From assembly GCA_965215015.1 (NCBI GenBank), contig OZ244042.1:320001-384000 (forward strand): a stretch of 64,000 bases of DNA, written 5' to 3'. Shown here piece by piece: positions 18,022 through 28,191 of the stretch (position 1 is the first letter of the stretch; every line of letters begins with the position of its first letter). The position numbers and the translations under genes were made by a program. This stretch comes from Candidatus Poribacteria bacterium. Its GTDB lineage: Bacteria; Poribacteria; WGA-4E; PCPOR2b. Under the pieces are notes generated by a model. It worked only from the letters and a program-made list of their open reading frames with translations. It ran no database searches and was not told the DNA's origin.

Positions 18022-19542
18022 TTCCAATTCTTCATAAGGAGCCTGTCTGCTGAACCGCGTGAGTATATCGCCAATTTTATCTTGTAAGGCGCGCCGCGGA
18101 CTCACAGAACCGAGATAATTGCTCATTATAATCGAGAACGCCACCGTTTCCCCATCCGCAGTCGCGGTATAGCCAGCAAGTGCTGTTAGCCCCCTCAACG
18201 TTCCGGTTTTGGCGCGTAAAATCCCTTCCGCTGTCATGCCCCGCATCCGCCGTGTCAGCGTTCCGTCCACCCCTCCAACCGGCAGGGATGCAAGATATTC
18301 CGGCATCACCGCAAAATTATGGAACATATAGACCAGCAAATCCGTCAGGAGAGAAGCCGTTACTAAATTATAGCGGGATACCCCCGAACCATCGGCAAAG
18401 GTATAATGTCCTCTATCCATCCCAATTTCACCCAGAAATTGACTAATCGCTTCTAATCCTTTCTCTCCTGTCCCCGGCGTTCCTCCTAATTCAGCACCTA
18501 TTGTTTTTAACAAAAGTTCGGCAATCAGATTATCACTCGGCTTGTTCATCTCCCAGAGGATGCGGGATAGCGGCGGGGATACATGCTGGATAATTACCAC
18601 TGCCTCTTCAGGGACTTCACCATAACGAACTGTTCCCTGAAGGGGCACACCCCGCTTTGCAAGCATTTCCCGTAATAGGGTGCCGCAGTAAAGTGCTGGG
18701 TCAAGTACGTCTACACGTCGGTTCATCTCGACTTGACCGATTGCCATCACTCCATCAATCATCAGGATGTTTTCCTCGGTGGATCCCTCCTTTCGTTTAA
18801 TCGTCAGTCCTGTTTTTTCCGATACCCCTACTGTAACGGCATCATTAACAGTTTTCATATACTGTGTAGGAGGGTCAAGATGGACGCGAACAGACTCGTC
18901 AACTTTACTGCCGGGCAAAATGCGAACAAGCACACCGTTATGATTAATCGTCAGTGCGCTCAGATGCGAGTAGTGCCCACCGATGGGACCATCGTCCCAC
19001 ATCCAACCTTTGCCCCGCCGAATAGCATCAAAACGAGTTTCGTCCACCACAATATCGCCCTGCAAATCTTTCGTACCCATTTCCACCAATTTTTCGACCA
19101 TCTTCTCTAAGTCATTGCTATCAAACACCGGATCGCCGCCCCCTTTGAGATAGATATTCCTCAAGATCTGACGGTTTTCAACGGGATCCGCGTAAAGCGT
19201 GGTACGGAAACGGTAGTTTGGGTTGAGTTTAACTAGTGCCGTTGCTGCGGTGATTAATTTCATCGTTGAGGCTGGGTGATACAATTTCTCGGCATCTTTC
19301 TCGTAAAGTACCTCTCCCGTTTCAAGTGAAACAACCTTTACCCCGACATTTGAGGAGGCAAAGAGTGGATCGTTCAGTGTGGCTTCGATTTTTGCCTGTA
19401 AACGCTGGACAGGCCTTGACAACTGTGGCAGGGCAGGCGGTAAAATTTCCACTGTTGAAGACGTTCCACAACTGTATAATACGGCACACCAGAATAGTGT
19501 GCAAAACCAGAGACCAGTTTTCGCTATCTTCCACATTTTCAA
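18019..19542 (-). CDS. dacB: D-alanyl-D-alanine carboxypeptidase/endopeptidase PBP4 (peptidase S13), probable lipoprotein
   Basis: PASTMK (SxxK), SDN (SxN), DGSG.SR, AKTGTL (KTG); lipobox-like LYSC. Confidence 0.93.
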   Translation of the reverse strand: MKMWKIAKTGLWFCTLFWCAVLYSCGTSSTVEILPPALPQLSRPVQRLQAKIEATLNDPLFASSNVGVKVVSLETGEVLYEKDAEKLYHPASTMKLITAATALVKLNPNYRFRTTLYADPVENRQILRNIYLKGGGDPVFDSNDLEKMVEKLVEMGTKDLQGDIVVDETRFDAIRRGKGWMWDDGPIGGHYSHLSALTINHNGVLVRILPGSKVDESVRVHLDPPTQYMKTVNDAVTVGVSEKTGLTIKRKEGSTEENILMIDGVMAIGQVEMNRRVDVLDPALYCGTLLREMLAKRGVPLQGTVRYGEVPEEAVVIIQHVSPPLSRILWEMNKPSDNLIAELLLKTIGAELGGTPGTGEKGLEAISQFLGEIGMDRGHYTFADGSGVSRYNLVTASLLTDLLVYMFHNFAVMPEYLASLPVGGVDGTLTRRMRGMTAEGILRAKTGTLRGLTALAGYTATADGETVAFSIIMSNYLGSVSPRRALQDKIGDILTRFSRQAPYEELE

Positions 19543-20741
19543 ATAACTCCATCCCGACGCAAGTCTGCAATCGCCTTGTCATTCAACCCAAGCAGATTGG
19601 TAAGAATTTGATCGGTGTGCTCTCCGAGCAGCGGCGGCGGCATCCGCATCTGCGTTGGAGTTCCTGACAAATTGAGTGGTGTTCCTGCCAATCGCACGGT
19701 TTCTGCCGTTGGGTGGGGCATTTCCACCCACATTTCTCGCGCTAATGCCTGTGGGTCGGCGAACACCTTATCAAGAGAGTTGACCGGTCCGGCGGGCACA
19801 TCAGCATCAGCGCAGCGTCTCAGCCATTCAGCGACAGGTTTTTGGCAAAATAACTCCTCCAGCATCGGGATTAACACCGCTCGGTGAGCAACGCGCTGCG
19901 GATTGGTAGCAAACCGTTCGTCCCCTGCCCACGCGCTTACCCCCGCCGCTGCACAGAAACGTTTCCACTGCCCATCGTTGCCGATGGCAAGGATGAGGTA
20001 ATCGTCCATCGCCTGAAACGCTTGATACGGCACAATGCTGGAATGTGCGTTACCCCAGCGTCCCGGCACCTCGCCTGAACAGAGATAATTGCTGCCAACA
20101 TTTGCTAGCAGCGCAATTTGTGAGTCGAGGAGTGCTATGTCAATGTGCTGTCCTTCGCCAATACGCTCGCGGGCAAATAACGCAGCCAAAATAGCGTTAC
20201 ACGCAAACAGTGCCGAAGCGACATCCACGATCGCCACGCCAATTTTCATGGGGGTGCCGTCGCGTTCACCGGTGATGGACATGAAACCACCACGGCCCTG
20301 AATCAAGAAGTCATAGCCCGGCAACTCATGGTCGGGGCCCGTGTGTCCAAAGCCACTGATAGAACAGTAAATCAGACGCGGGTTAATTTCCTTGAGCGAT
20401 GCGTAATCCAGACCGACTGCGTCCAAACCGCCGATACGGAAGTTCTCAATTAACACATCGCTTTGTGCTGCGAGTTTTCGCGCAACGGCAATCCCCTGTT
20501 CGTCCTTGAGGTTCAGTGTAAGGCTTTTTTTGTTCCGATTGCAGCAGAGATAATACGCAGATTCACCACCGAGGAATGGGGGACCCCACTGACGGGTTTC
20601 ATCGCCGACGCCGGGGCGTTCAACTTTGAGGACTTCCGCACCCAAATCGCCCAGCATCATGGCGCAGTAGGGGCCTGCCAAATGCCGAGACAGATCCAGA
20701 ACATGGATGCCGTCCAATGGACTCAAGGCCATTATGTACAC
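19539..20741 (-). CDS. CaiB/BaiF family III CoA transferase
   Basis: PLDGIHVLDLSRHLAGPYC, NRNKKSLTLNLK, DVLIENFR, PPLLGEHT. Confidence 0.93.
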   Translation of the reverse strand: MYIMALSPLDGIHVLDLSRHLAGPYCAMMLGDLGAEVLKVERPGVGDETRQWGPPFLGGESAYYLCCNRNKKSLTLNLKDEQGIAVARKLAAQSDVLIENFRIGGLDAVGLDYASLKEINPRLIYCSISGFGHTGPDHELPGYDFLIQGRGGFMSITGERDGTPMKIGVAIVDVASALFACNAILAALFARERIGEGQHIDIALLDSQIALLANVGSNYLCSGEVPGRWGNAHSSIVPYQAFQAMDDYLILAIGNDGQWKRFCAAAGVSAWAGDERFATNPQRVAHRAVLIPMLEELFCQKPVAEWLRRCADADVPAGPVNSLDKVFADPQALAREMWVEMPHPTAETVRLAGTPLNLSGTPTQMRMPPPLLGEHTDQILTNLLGLNDKAIADLRRDGVI

Positions 20742-20765
20742 CTGCCTTCTTGTGCTATCGAGGTA

Positions 20766-21956
20766 CTACTCAAACGGATAGGCTGGCAGCGGTTGCGTTA
20801 CAGGTTTGTCAACCCGATCGCCTAGCGCATACCCCGCCTGAATCAACTGGTGAATTTCCTGCGTTCCCTCATAGATCAGTGCCCCGCGTGCATTACGGAA
20901 ATAACGCTCTACCGGATATTCGTCACTATAGCCGTATGCCCCATGAATCTGTACCGCATCGTCCGCAGCTTGAAAAGCGTTCTGGCAGTTTGTCCATTTG
21001 GCGAGACCTACTTCTCGTGTACAGCGCATTCCCTGATTCTTCATCCAACCGACCTGATAGTAAAGCAGCCGCCCAATGTCGCGTCCGGCAACCATATTGG
21101 CGATTTTTTGCTGGACAAGCTGGTGTTTGCCGATGGGCTGCCCGAAGGTCTCACGTTTCTTTGCATAAGCTACACTTGCCTCAAGACACGCTTCTATCAA
21201 ACCAACCGCGCCTGACGCAACCGTGTAGCGTCCGTTATCCAACGCACTCATCGCGATTTTGAAACCGTCGCCTTCCAAGCCGACGCGATTTGCAGCGGGC
21301 ACACGCACGTCCTGCAAGTTGATGCTACCCACGTTACCGATACGACCCCCTAATTTGTGGTGGATGCTGGAAGTGGTCACGCCATCGAAGGACCGCTCAA
21401 CGATAAACGCAGAGATGCCGCGATGTTTCGCCTCACAGTCGGTGTAGGCAAAGATGAGGAAATGATCTGCGATATCAGCACAACCGATCCACATTTTCTT
21501 ACCGTTGAGGAGGTAAATGTTGCCATCGTGACAGGCAGTCGTGCTGATGCCGGCGACATCGCTGCCCGCGCCCGGCTCGGTCAGTCCAAAGGCCCCCAAT
21601 TTCTCGCCACGCGCCTGCGGTACAAGATACTGCTGTTTTTGCGCTTCGCTTCCCCACTGAAACAACGCCAACGAATTAAGCCCAAGGTGGACAGCAATCA
21701 ACACGCGGAACGCGCTGTCGGCACGCTCTAGCTCTTCGGAGACGATGCCGAGGCTCAAGTAATCGAAGCCTAACCCGCCGTAAGACCGGGGAATACAAAC
21801 CCCCAACAGACCCTCTGCCCCCATCTTCTGGATGACCTCGCGCGGAAGCCGCTGGGCACGATCCCAGCCCCGGAGGTGTGGTACCAGCTCGCGCTGACAG
21901 AATTCTTGTGCCGTCTTACGGATAGCATCATGGTCTGCGGTCAATGTGAAGTCCAT
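20766..21956 (-). CDS. Acyl-CoA dehydrogenase
   Basis: AFGLTEPGAGSD, LNGKKMWI, R..FG..I...Q, QIHGAYGY, IYEGTQEI; start at ATG 21956. Confidence 0.93.
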   Translation of the reverse strand: MDFTLTADHDAIRKTAQEFCQRELVPHLRGWDRAQRLPREVIQKMGAEGLLGVCIPRSYGGLGFDYLSLGIVSEELERADSAFRVLIAVHLGLNSLALFQWGSEAQKQQYLVPQARGEKLGAFGLTEPGAGSDVAGISTTACHDGNIYLLNGKKMWIGCADIADHFLIFAYTDCEAKHRGISAFIVERSFDGVTTSSIHHKLGGRIGNVGSINLQDVRVPAANRVGLEGDGFKIAMSALDNGRYTVASGAVGLIEACLEASVAYAKKRETFGQPIGKHQLVQQKIANMVAGRDIGRLLYYQVGWMKNQGMRCTREVGLAKWTNCQNAFQAADDAVQIHGAYGYSDEYPVERYFRNARGALIYEGTQEIHQLIQAGYALGDRVDKPVTQPLPAYPFE

Positions 21957-22096
21957 AAGTGTTGCTCCCAGAAAAAGTTTCATTTCGGTTCATTCATGGG
22001 TTACAATATACCAGATTTTGACGTGTTGGTAAACTCAAAAAACCATTTCCCCCATATCGAAGAATCTTCAACATGGGAACCCGTTTTTACTCATAT

Positions 22097-22395
22097 TAGG
22101 AGTTACGCCCTTGAGTGTGTTGTCGCACCCTTCAACCCGCGTCTTTAAGGGAGTAGGCATACGCCGTATGCCCTCAATTCCCGTTTGCGGGTTGCGTCTC
22201 CACTCGCGTCCTCCCTCCGCTAAACATCCTGCGGGTTGCCCGTCAATTCCTGGCTCATTGAGCCTACCCCCCTCAATCCCCCGCAAGCAGGGGGAAGAGA
22301 TACCGTAGGGGTAGTTGGGGCTTCTTTTCCCCTCCCCGCTTGCGGGGAGGGGCTAGGGGTGGGGTCCTTGCGAGGGGTCAACTGCGTAAGTCCTA
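22097..22395. mobile_element. MITE (TAGGAGTTACGCC...TGCGTAAGTCCTA) with CCCCGCTTGCGGGG-type palindromes
   Basis: TIRs at 22097-22109 and 22383-22395; interior ~22131-22265 resembles ~56585-56687. Confidence 0.72.
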
Positions 22396-22422
22396 TGAAA
22401 TAAAAAGAAAGTGCAAAGCACG

Positions 22423-22465
22423 AATAGCCCCCGAGTTTTTCCGAAAAAAAAACTCGGGGGCTATT
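22423..22465. repeat. Strong inverted repeat
   Basis: aatagcccccgagtttttt ... aaaaaactcgggggctatt. Confidence 0.7.
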
Positions 22466-22562
22466 GCCCGATTTCCTAACACGAGTGGCAGTTTTTTGTC
22501 CACGTTCCGTAACAACCATTTCAAGTGTCTTATGAAAAATGGCAATTAAAAGGAGAAACAAA

Positions 22563-23615
22563 ATGGCAATTGGATTAGGAGTGATTGGAATGAACCCTAC
22601 CAATATGGGGTCAACCGCAACGTTGCTCAAGGATGTGCCCGACCTCAAATACGAACTCAGGGCAATATGTGCCAAAAGGGCAGATGTCCTAGAAAATTAT
22701 GCGGTACAGATTGGGTTAGAATTTTGGACAACCGACTATCAAGAGTTGGTGTCTCGTGACGATATTGACGTGGTTGCGGTCTATTCGCCTGACCACCTTC
22801 ATGCCGAGCACTGTGCCGCCGCAATTGAAGCAGGAAAGCACGTCGTCTGCACGAAACCGATGGTAACGAACCTTGAAGATGCGAAGCAACTGGTCGGATT
22901 GGTCCGAGAAAAAGGGGTTAAGTTTCTGGTGGGTCAAACGATGCGCTTCGATTTACAATTCCAGACCATGCACCGCTTCTTCGATGATGGAGAACTCGGG
23001 GAAATTATGGCGGCAGAAGCGTATTACGCGCATGACCTCCGCGATGTCTACGATTTTACCCCTTGGAGATTGCATGTTCCGCAAGACCTGATGTTCGGCG
23101 GCGTGGTGCATCCCGTTGATATCTTACGCAGTTTTTTGGGCGATGTCGAAGAGGTACACGCCTACGGTGCAAAAGGAAAACTCACCCCCGAATACCCGAA
23201 GATGAACAACTTCTTCCTCAATCTGAAATTCGTCGGTGGACAAATTGCGCGGGCGATGGGGCTGTATGACATCGTTCATCCGCCTATGCCGATGATGCAG
23301 GTTTCGATTTACGGCACAGGGGGCACAATGATTGGAGATTTCACCGACAACAAAGGTGGGCAGGTCAAGCTAATCATGGATAAGATGGCGGCGAAAGAAC
23401 CATTGGAAATGACCTGCCCACCGGAGATCGATACGAGCGTTTACGGACACGGTCAAACCGTCATCCGTTACATGCGGCATTTCCAGAATTGTATCGAAGA
23501 AGATCTGGAACCATCACCGAATGTAATTGATGGGGCAAAATCGGTCGCTGTCGGCGTTGCGGCGTGGGAATCAATTCACACAGGACAGCCGGTGAAGGTA
23601 TTCAATGACTTTTAG
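22563..23615 (+). CDS. Gfo/Idh/MocA oxidoreductase
   Basis: SPDHLH, AGKHVVCTKPM, GELGEI, HPVD; RBS aggag before ATG 22563. Confidence 0.9.
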   Translation: MAIGLGVIGMNPTNMGSTATLLKDVPDLKYELRAICAKRADVLENYAVQIGLEFWTTDYQELVSRDDIDVVAVYSPDHLHAEHCAAAIEAGKHVVCTKPMVTNLEDAKQLVGLVREKGVKFLVGQTMRFDLQFQTMHRFFDDGELGEIMAAEAYYAHDLRDVYDFTPWRLHVPQDLMFGGVVHPVDILRSFLGDVEEVHAYGAKGKLTPEYPKMNNFFLNLKFVGGQIARAMGLYDIVHPPMPMMQVSIYGTGGTMIGDFTDNKGGQVKLIMDKMAAKEPLEMTCPPEIDTSVYGHGQTVIRYMRHFQNCIEEDLEPSPNVIDGAKSVAVGVAAWESIHTGQPVKVFNDF

Positions 23616-23618
23616 CCA

Positions 23619-24383
23619 TCAGTGAAGTCCCATCTCCTTGAGATTTCTCAGGCTGATCCCTAAGCTCTCAAATGGATCGCGTTGGCAGGTATCCTGTTCA
23701 ACGATATACCACTCCACATCGGCCTCTTTACAGGCATCAAGGATCGCGTGCCAATTCAGATTCCCTTCCCCGACCTCTGCAAACAGTTGGGTGCGACCAT
23801 CCATCGCCATATCTTTTAGGTGAACGATATAGGCGCGCCCTTTCAGTTGTCGTATCCACGCCGCCGGATCGCCTCCGCCGTGTTGGATCCAGTATGTGTC
23901 GAGTTCGCTGTTGAAATATTTTGGATCGCTATCCTGATATAAGATTTCCAATCCGGTACGCCCGTTGAACTTCTCCAACTCAAAACTGTGGTTGTGGTAA
24001 GAAAAAATCAGTCCACCCTCCGCAAGCCGTTTGGCAACTTCCGAGGCTTCTCTGGCAAATCGCGCGTAGCCTTCAGCGTTGCGATATTCTTGGGGCAAGC
24101 CGCCGATTGCGGCATGTTTGCAGCCCCAGAGGTTGTGCTCGTCGATGACCGCTTGCGGTTCGTCCCGCATACGCTCGTAGTCTGTATGCGTAGCGCAGAT
24201 TGTTAAGCCTTCGCCATCGACAATCCTTTTCAGTTCATGTGAGTCAATAGCACCAAGTGCTGAACATTGCACAGCGTCGTAGCCGAGTTGTTTGACCTTC
24301 TTCATCGTTGTAGCAATATCGGTTGGAGTGTTTGTGAAATCACGGACCGTATACAGTTGTGCCGCCAATTGTGATGCCGCCAT
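23619..24383 (-). CDS. Sugar-phosphate isomerase/epimerase (xylose-isomerase-like TIM barrel)
   Basis: QLYTVRD, YHNHSFE, ELDTYW, HLKD, EVGEG, IVEQD. Confidence 0.9.
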   Translation of the reverse strand: MAASQLAAQLYTVRDFTNTPTDIATTMKKVKQLGYDAVQCSALGAIDSHELKRIVDGEGLTICATHTDYERMRDEPQAVIDEHNLWGCKHAAIGGLPQEYRNAEGYARFAREASEVAKRLAEGGLIFSYHNHSFELEKFNGRTGLEILYQDSDPKYFNSELDTYWIQHGGGDPAAWIRQLKGRAYIVHLKDMAMDGRTQLFAEVGEGNLNWHAILDACKEADVEWYIVEQDTCQRDPFESLGISLRNLKEMGLH

Positions 24384-24410
24384 AAATGTACTCCTCCTGA
24401 ATTGATTATT

Positions 24411-24563
24411 CAGGACTTACACAAAATCCCTTCCTTTGTCGGGGCGATTGGAAGGTTGCTTTGAATCCCGATCTTATCAGGATGGGAAGAATGGAAGGGT
24501 GCCCCCATCCTTCCATCTTTCCGTCCAAAACGCGCCGATTGAGCTACGGGTGTGTAAATCCTG
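24411..24563. mobile_element. MITE (CAGGACTTACACA...TGTGTAAATCCTG) with GGAAG/CTTCC periodic palindrome (family C)
   Basis: TIRs at 24411-24423 and 24551-24563; interior ggatgggaagaatggaaggg...ccatccttccatctttcc. Confidence 0.65.
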
Positions 24564-24756
24564 TATTATTGGGTTATGGCTGATATTTTAACACAAATTG
24601 CTAGGATGTGTTGACATTTATGTGAGTTATATCCGTAATTCAAGGCACAACCCCGCTCGATGCTAATGCGTACCCAAACAGATAGACTGTATGCAATCCA
24701 AAATCAACCGCCCCGATAAGATCGGAATTTCACCAAGCTAACAGCAAACGGAGCAT

Positions 24757-24795
24757 AAAAAAAGGGTGTATCCTTGGAAATCCAAAGATACACCC
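24757..24795 (-). terminator. Rho-independent terminator
   Basis: gggtgtatc..ttgga/tccaa..gatacaccc hairpin followed by T7 on the minus strand, downstream of 24960-25982. Confidence 0.7.
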
Positions 24796-24959
24796 CGATT
24801 CTGATTCGATTGAGATTGCCTCTACGGTGTTCCCCACCTGATAATACCTATCTGATTGTGAACGGTAACACGATTGGCAACTTCACTAGTGTGTAACAGT
24901 ACCGCAGGCTCACCCGACTTATCAGCGACAGCGACACTGTATTGTTATAAACACTTTCA

Positions 24960-25982
24960 TCATTCATACTCCTCGCTGTCCTTTCGATCGCGTTGCTGTT
25001 CCTCTCCGTTCCGAGCGGCTTCAATCTGCCTCGCAAGTTCTGGATCGCTTTCTCTCAGACGACGAAGGCCCTCCTCGGGACCATGCCGATCCAAAGTGGA
25101 CATCGCCTGCTCGAAACGCTCTGATGAAAACCGTTCTTTCAGTGAGGCTTCAAATGTCTCCTCGGTAGGAGGCCCCTCAGGGGCCGAGGGCACTTCAGTG
25201 GTAACCTTTTCTCGTTCAACAACCGATGTTGCTCTCCTATGATTGTAGGTGTCAGCGCGTGTGGGCTCTTCCCACAAGTTTGTCGGGACTTGGTCAGACG
25301 GTGCGGTTTCTGCCATAGGAACTTGTACATGCTCAGGCCTAAAAAACTCATCGCCGCTTTCTTCTGCCTGGCGCGTGGCTTCACGCATTTTCTCGGCAGC
25401 TTCAAAGTCTCCCATTTTTTCAAAATAATCCGCGAGGCGTGGCCCAATCGAGACTGGCATCCCCTGCTCAGTCATGTGTGTCGCTGCGAATTTCATCATT
25501 TCTAGTCCGATGAAAGGATCGGTGCCTTCCTCTACATGGAGTCGGCCAATATCTTGATAAAGCCTTCGACTTTCCTCTTCGAGCTCAAGTAAACGAGGAA
25601 ACAATTTTATATCCTCATTGGCTTTGGGACCCAATACTTCCATTTCCGCTGCAATTTCTTGGAGGCGTGCTTCTATACGCTCTATCCGTTCCCGTTCCGC
25701 CGGATCTATTTCTATAACTTCTGCCTCTTGGAATTTCTGCGCTGGAGAAGCGTCATGGACCTGGTGGTCTGTGATATGTTTAATTGAAGTTTGTTTTTCG
25801 ATGCGTTGTTGTGCCCTTGGAGGCACCTTATATATTTTGGTCTGTCTTGGTTGTTGTCCCAACTGTAAGATTACATAACCGATTATACCAATTCCTACGC
25901 CAATTAGGCTAACAACTATAAAGCCCCGGTTGAAAAATATATCCCAGAATGCTATCTTCAGAAATTTCAAAAATGGAGACAT
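24960..25982 (-). CDS. Hypothetical membrane-anchored acidic helical protein
   Basis: One N-terminal TM helix; Glu-rich; C-terminal ERFS.ERFEQAMSTLDRHGPEEGLRRLRESDPE; RBS aggagg. Confidence 0.75.
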   Translation of the reverse strand: MSPFLKFLKIAFWDIFFNRGFIVVSLIGVGIGIIGYVILQLGQQPRQTKIYKVPPRAQQRIEKQTSIKHITDHQVHDASPAQKFQEAEVIEIDPAERERIERIEARLQEIAAEMEVLGPKANEDIKLFPRLLELEEESRRLYQDIGRLHVEEGTDPFIGLEMMKFAATHMTEQGMPVSIGPRLADYFEKMGDFEAAEKMREATRQAEESGDEFFRPEHVQVPMAETAPSDQVPTNLWEEPTRADTYNHRRATSVVEREKVTTEVPSAPEGPPTEETFEASLKERFSSERFEQAMSTLDRHGPEEGLRRLRESDPELARQIEAARNGEEQQRDRKDSEEYE

Positions 25983-26288
25983 GATATTCCTCCTTGTGGC
26001 AACAAGCCCAGAAGCGTGTTGCCAAAGTTGTGATTGACCGAGGCGTCATTTCAATTGAAACCTATGAACGGGAGCTTTGACTTGGTTATCATTACGAACT
26101 TCGCAAGGACATGTGGTTTGTATGCCAGCTGGACAATTACAATTAGTAGTGTTACTGACATGGTCGGGGCAACCGCATTGATGTTGGGGCTTTGGCTTCA
26201 GCGGGTTTATTCCATATTTGCCAAAACTTGTCAAGTACTTTTCCCGATAAAAAACAACACCTCCCGATATTTAGGAATTTTTCCCCTT

Positions 26289-28043
26289 TCAGTCATCCGC
26301 TTTGGTCTCTCCGACGAACCGCTCATAGATACCTGCATCCCGAAAAAATCCCGTGATACGCCGCTTGAAAACCGATGCCAACATGAGCTGAATCAGTCCC
26401 AGAGCAGCCATTACAAATATGATGAGGATGATTGAGAGCGCAGCCGCCTGCGAAAAGTCGCTGTTTTCAACAAATCCCAGAATCGCCACGGTGATCAGAT
26501 TCCATCGACCGGAGACAACAAAGATGACTGCACTGATGGCGGTCATACAGCGGACGAAGCTATAAGCGAGCCCAGCGAAAAACGCCGGAGCGATCAGCGG
26601 CAACAGTATCCGCCGAAACGTGGTCAGGCTGCCCGCACCTAAATTAGTAGAAGCCTCCTCCAGCGACAGATCTATCTGGTCCAGTGAAGCGGCGGCGGCA
26701 CGGATTCCGACGGGCATGTTACGGAAGATGAACAGCAGCACAATGATGGCGGCCGTTCCTCTCAACATGAAGGGTTTCTGATTAAAAGCGAGGATGTAGC
26801 CGATGCCGACCACCGTTCCCGGCACGGCAAAATTCAACATGGATGTCACATCAATTAGCCCACGCCCCACAAACTGTTTCCGCTTAACCAGAAATGCAAC
26901 GACCATTCCTAGCAGCCCCGTCAACGGCGTAGCAATTGCCGCAAGCAGTAGAGAGTCCAGAATGTAATCTACTCCCAGTCGAAAAGCTTCCACGTAGTTG
27001 TTCAGCGTCAGCGAATAATCAACGCCCCACAACCGAGTGAATGACCCAACCAGCACCAATCCGTAGAAAAGAAAGACACATCCAACCGTTCCCCAGCAGA
27101 TAACTATCAGTGGATACTTCATCCGCTTATCCCCCGTTTGTATCTCCGGCCCTGATGCCCGTCCCGTCAGTGAGGCAAAGACTCGTTGACGCAGGAGATA
27201 GTACTGTAGCAAATAGATGGCGAGCGAAGGAAGTAGCAATGCCATTGCCAGCGTCGTACCACCGGGCAGGTTATCGTTGCCAGTAATCTGGAGATACGCC
27301 TGCACGGAGAGGACGTTGAATCGCCCCGCCAAAATAAGCGGATTGCCAAAATCCGCCATTGATTCAATGAACAGCAGCAGCACCGCACTTACAATCCCCG
27401 GCAACGAAAGGGGGACTGTAACGGTTCGGAAAACTTTCCACCGAGATGCACCGAGATTTGACGCGGCTTCCTCCAACGCTGGTTCAATGGACGACAACAC
27501 GCCCACCAACACCAAGTAGGCAGTGGGGAAGTACGCGAGCGTCTCAACGATGACTAGCCCGGTCAGACCGTAGATGTCGAAGCCGGCTGCGTAGAGATCA
27601 ATGCCGAGCCCTTCGTGGAGAAGTTTCCGGGTGATGAGGCCATTTCGACCAAGCAGGAGGATCGCGGAAAGCGCAATAACGAAGGGCGGGGAAATAATCG
27701 GCAAGAGTGTGCTGGCTTGGAGAAATCTTTTGAATCGCATATCCGTCTTTGTGACGGCATAAGCAAAAGCAAATCCGATGAATGTGCCGAGCAACGCGAC
27801 GCAGATGCCCAAGATGATACTGTTGTAGAGCGGCTGTCGATTGTACGATTTGGCAAACAGTTCCCAGACATGCTGCAAAGTGAGTATTGTGCCCGCCTTC
27901 GTGATGAAGCAGGTTTTGAACACCTGAAACAGCGGAAACACCACGAATAGGATAAGCAGCAGGCTGATGAGAATAACGGTTATAAGGACGGAGGGTTCAC
28001 GCCACAAGCTTTTCCAATCAATGAGAGATTTTCGCGGCATCAT
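26289..28043 (-). CDS. Fe3+/FbpB-type ABC transporter permease (two EAA loops)
   Basis: LEEAASNLGAS and LEEASTNLGAG loops, ESMADFGNP; start at ATG 28043 assumed. Confidence 0.88.
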   Translation of the reverse strand: MMPRKSLIDWKSLWREPSVLITVILISLLLILFVVFPLFQVFKTCFITKAGTILTLQHVWELFAKSYNRQPLYNSIILGICVALLGTFIGFAFAYAVTKTDMRFKRFLQASTLLPIISPPFVIALSAILLLGRNGLITRKLLHEGLGIDLYAAGFDIYGLTGLVIVETLAYFPTAYLVLVGVLSSIEPALEEAASNLGASRWKVFRTVTVPLSLPGIVSAVLLLFIESMADFGNPLILAGRFNVLSVQAYLQITGNDNLPGGTTLAMALLLPSLAIYLLQYYLLRQRVFASLTGRASGPEIQTGDKRMKYPLIVICWGTVGCVFLFYGLVLVGSFTRLWGVDYSLTLNNYVEAFRLGVDYILDSLLLAAIATPLTGLLGMVVAFLVKRKQFVGRGLIDVTSMLNFAVPGTVVGIGYILAFNQKPFMLRGTAAIIVLLFIFRNMPVGIRAAAASLDQIDLSLEEASTNLGAGSLTTFRRILLPLIAPAFFAGLAYSFVRCMTAISAVIFVVSGRWNLITVAILGFVENSDFSQAAALSIILIIFVMAALGLIQLMLASVFKRRITGFFRDAGIYERFVGETKADD

Positions 28044-28128
28044 AGAAAAGGAAGCTGTACCACTACCAATCAATTGCTACTAAACCCCCAGGCTCTTTAG
28101 GTCTGGAGTTGAGCCGAAAAGTGAAAAT

Positions 28129-28163
28129 AAAAAAAGCAGGGAATGGCTTTCCCTGCTTTTTTT
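28129..28163. terminator. Bidirectional Rho-independent terminator
   Basis: aaaaaaagcagggaa-tggct-ttccctgcttttttt, immediately after the 28192 stop. Confidence 0.85.
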
Positions 28164-28191
28164 GCTGATTTATGAGGTAATATATTGCCCT

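Noticed and set aside
22068-22675. Short ORFs at 22068-22675, 38669-38860 and 56586-56906 (PPQAGG/SPRKQGE-like peptides)
   Set aside because: They are translations of the CCCCGCTTGCGGGG palindromic repeats or antisense to real genes; no RBS or family motifs.
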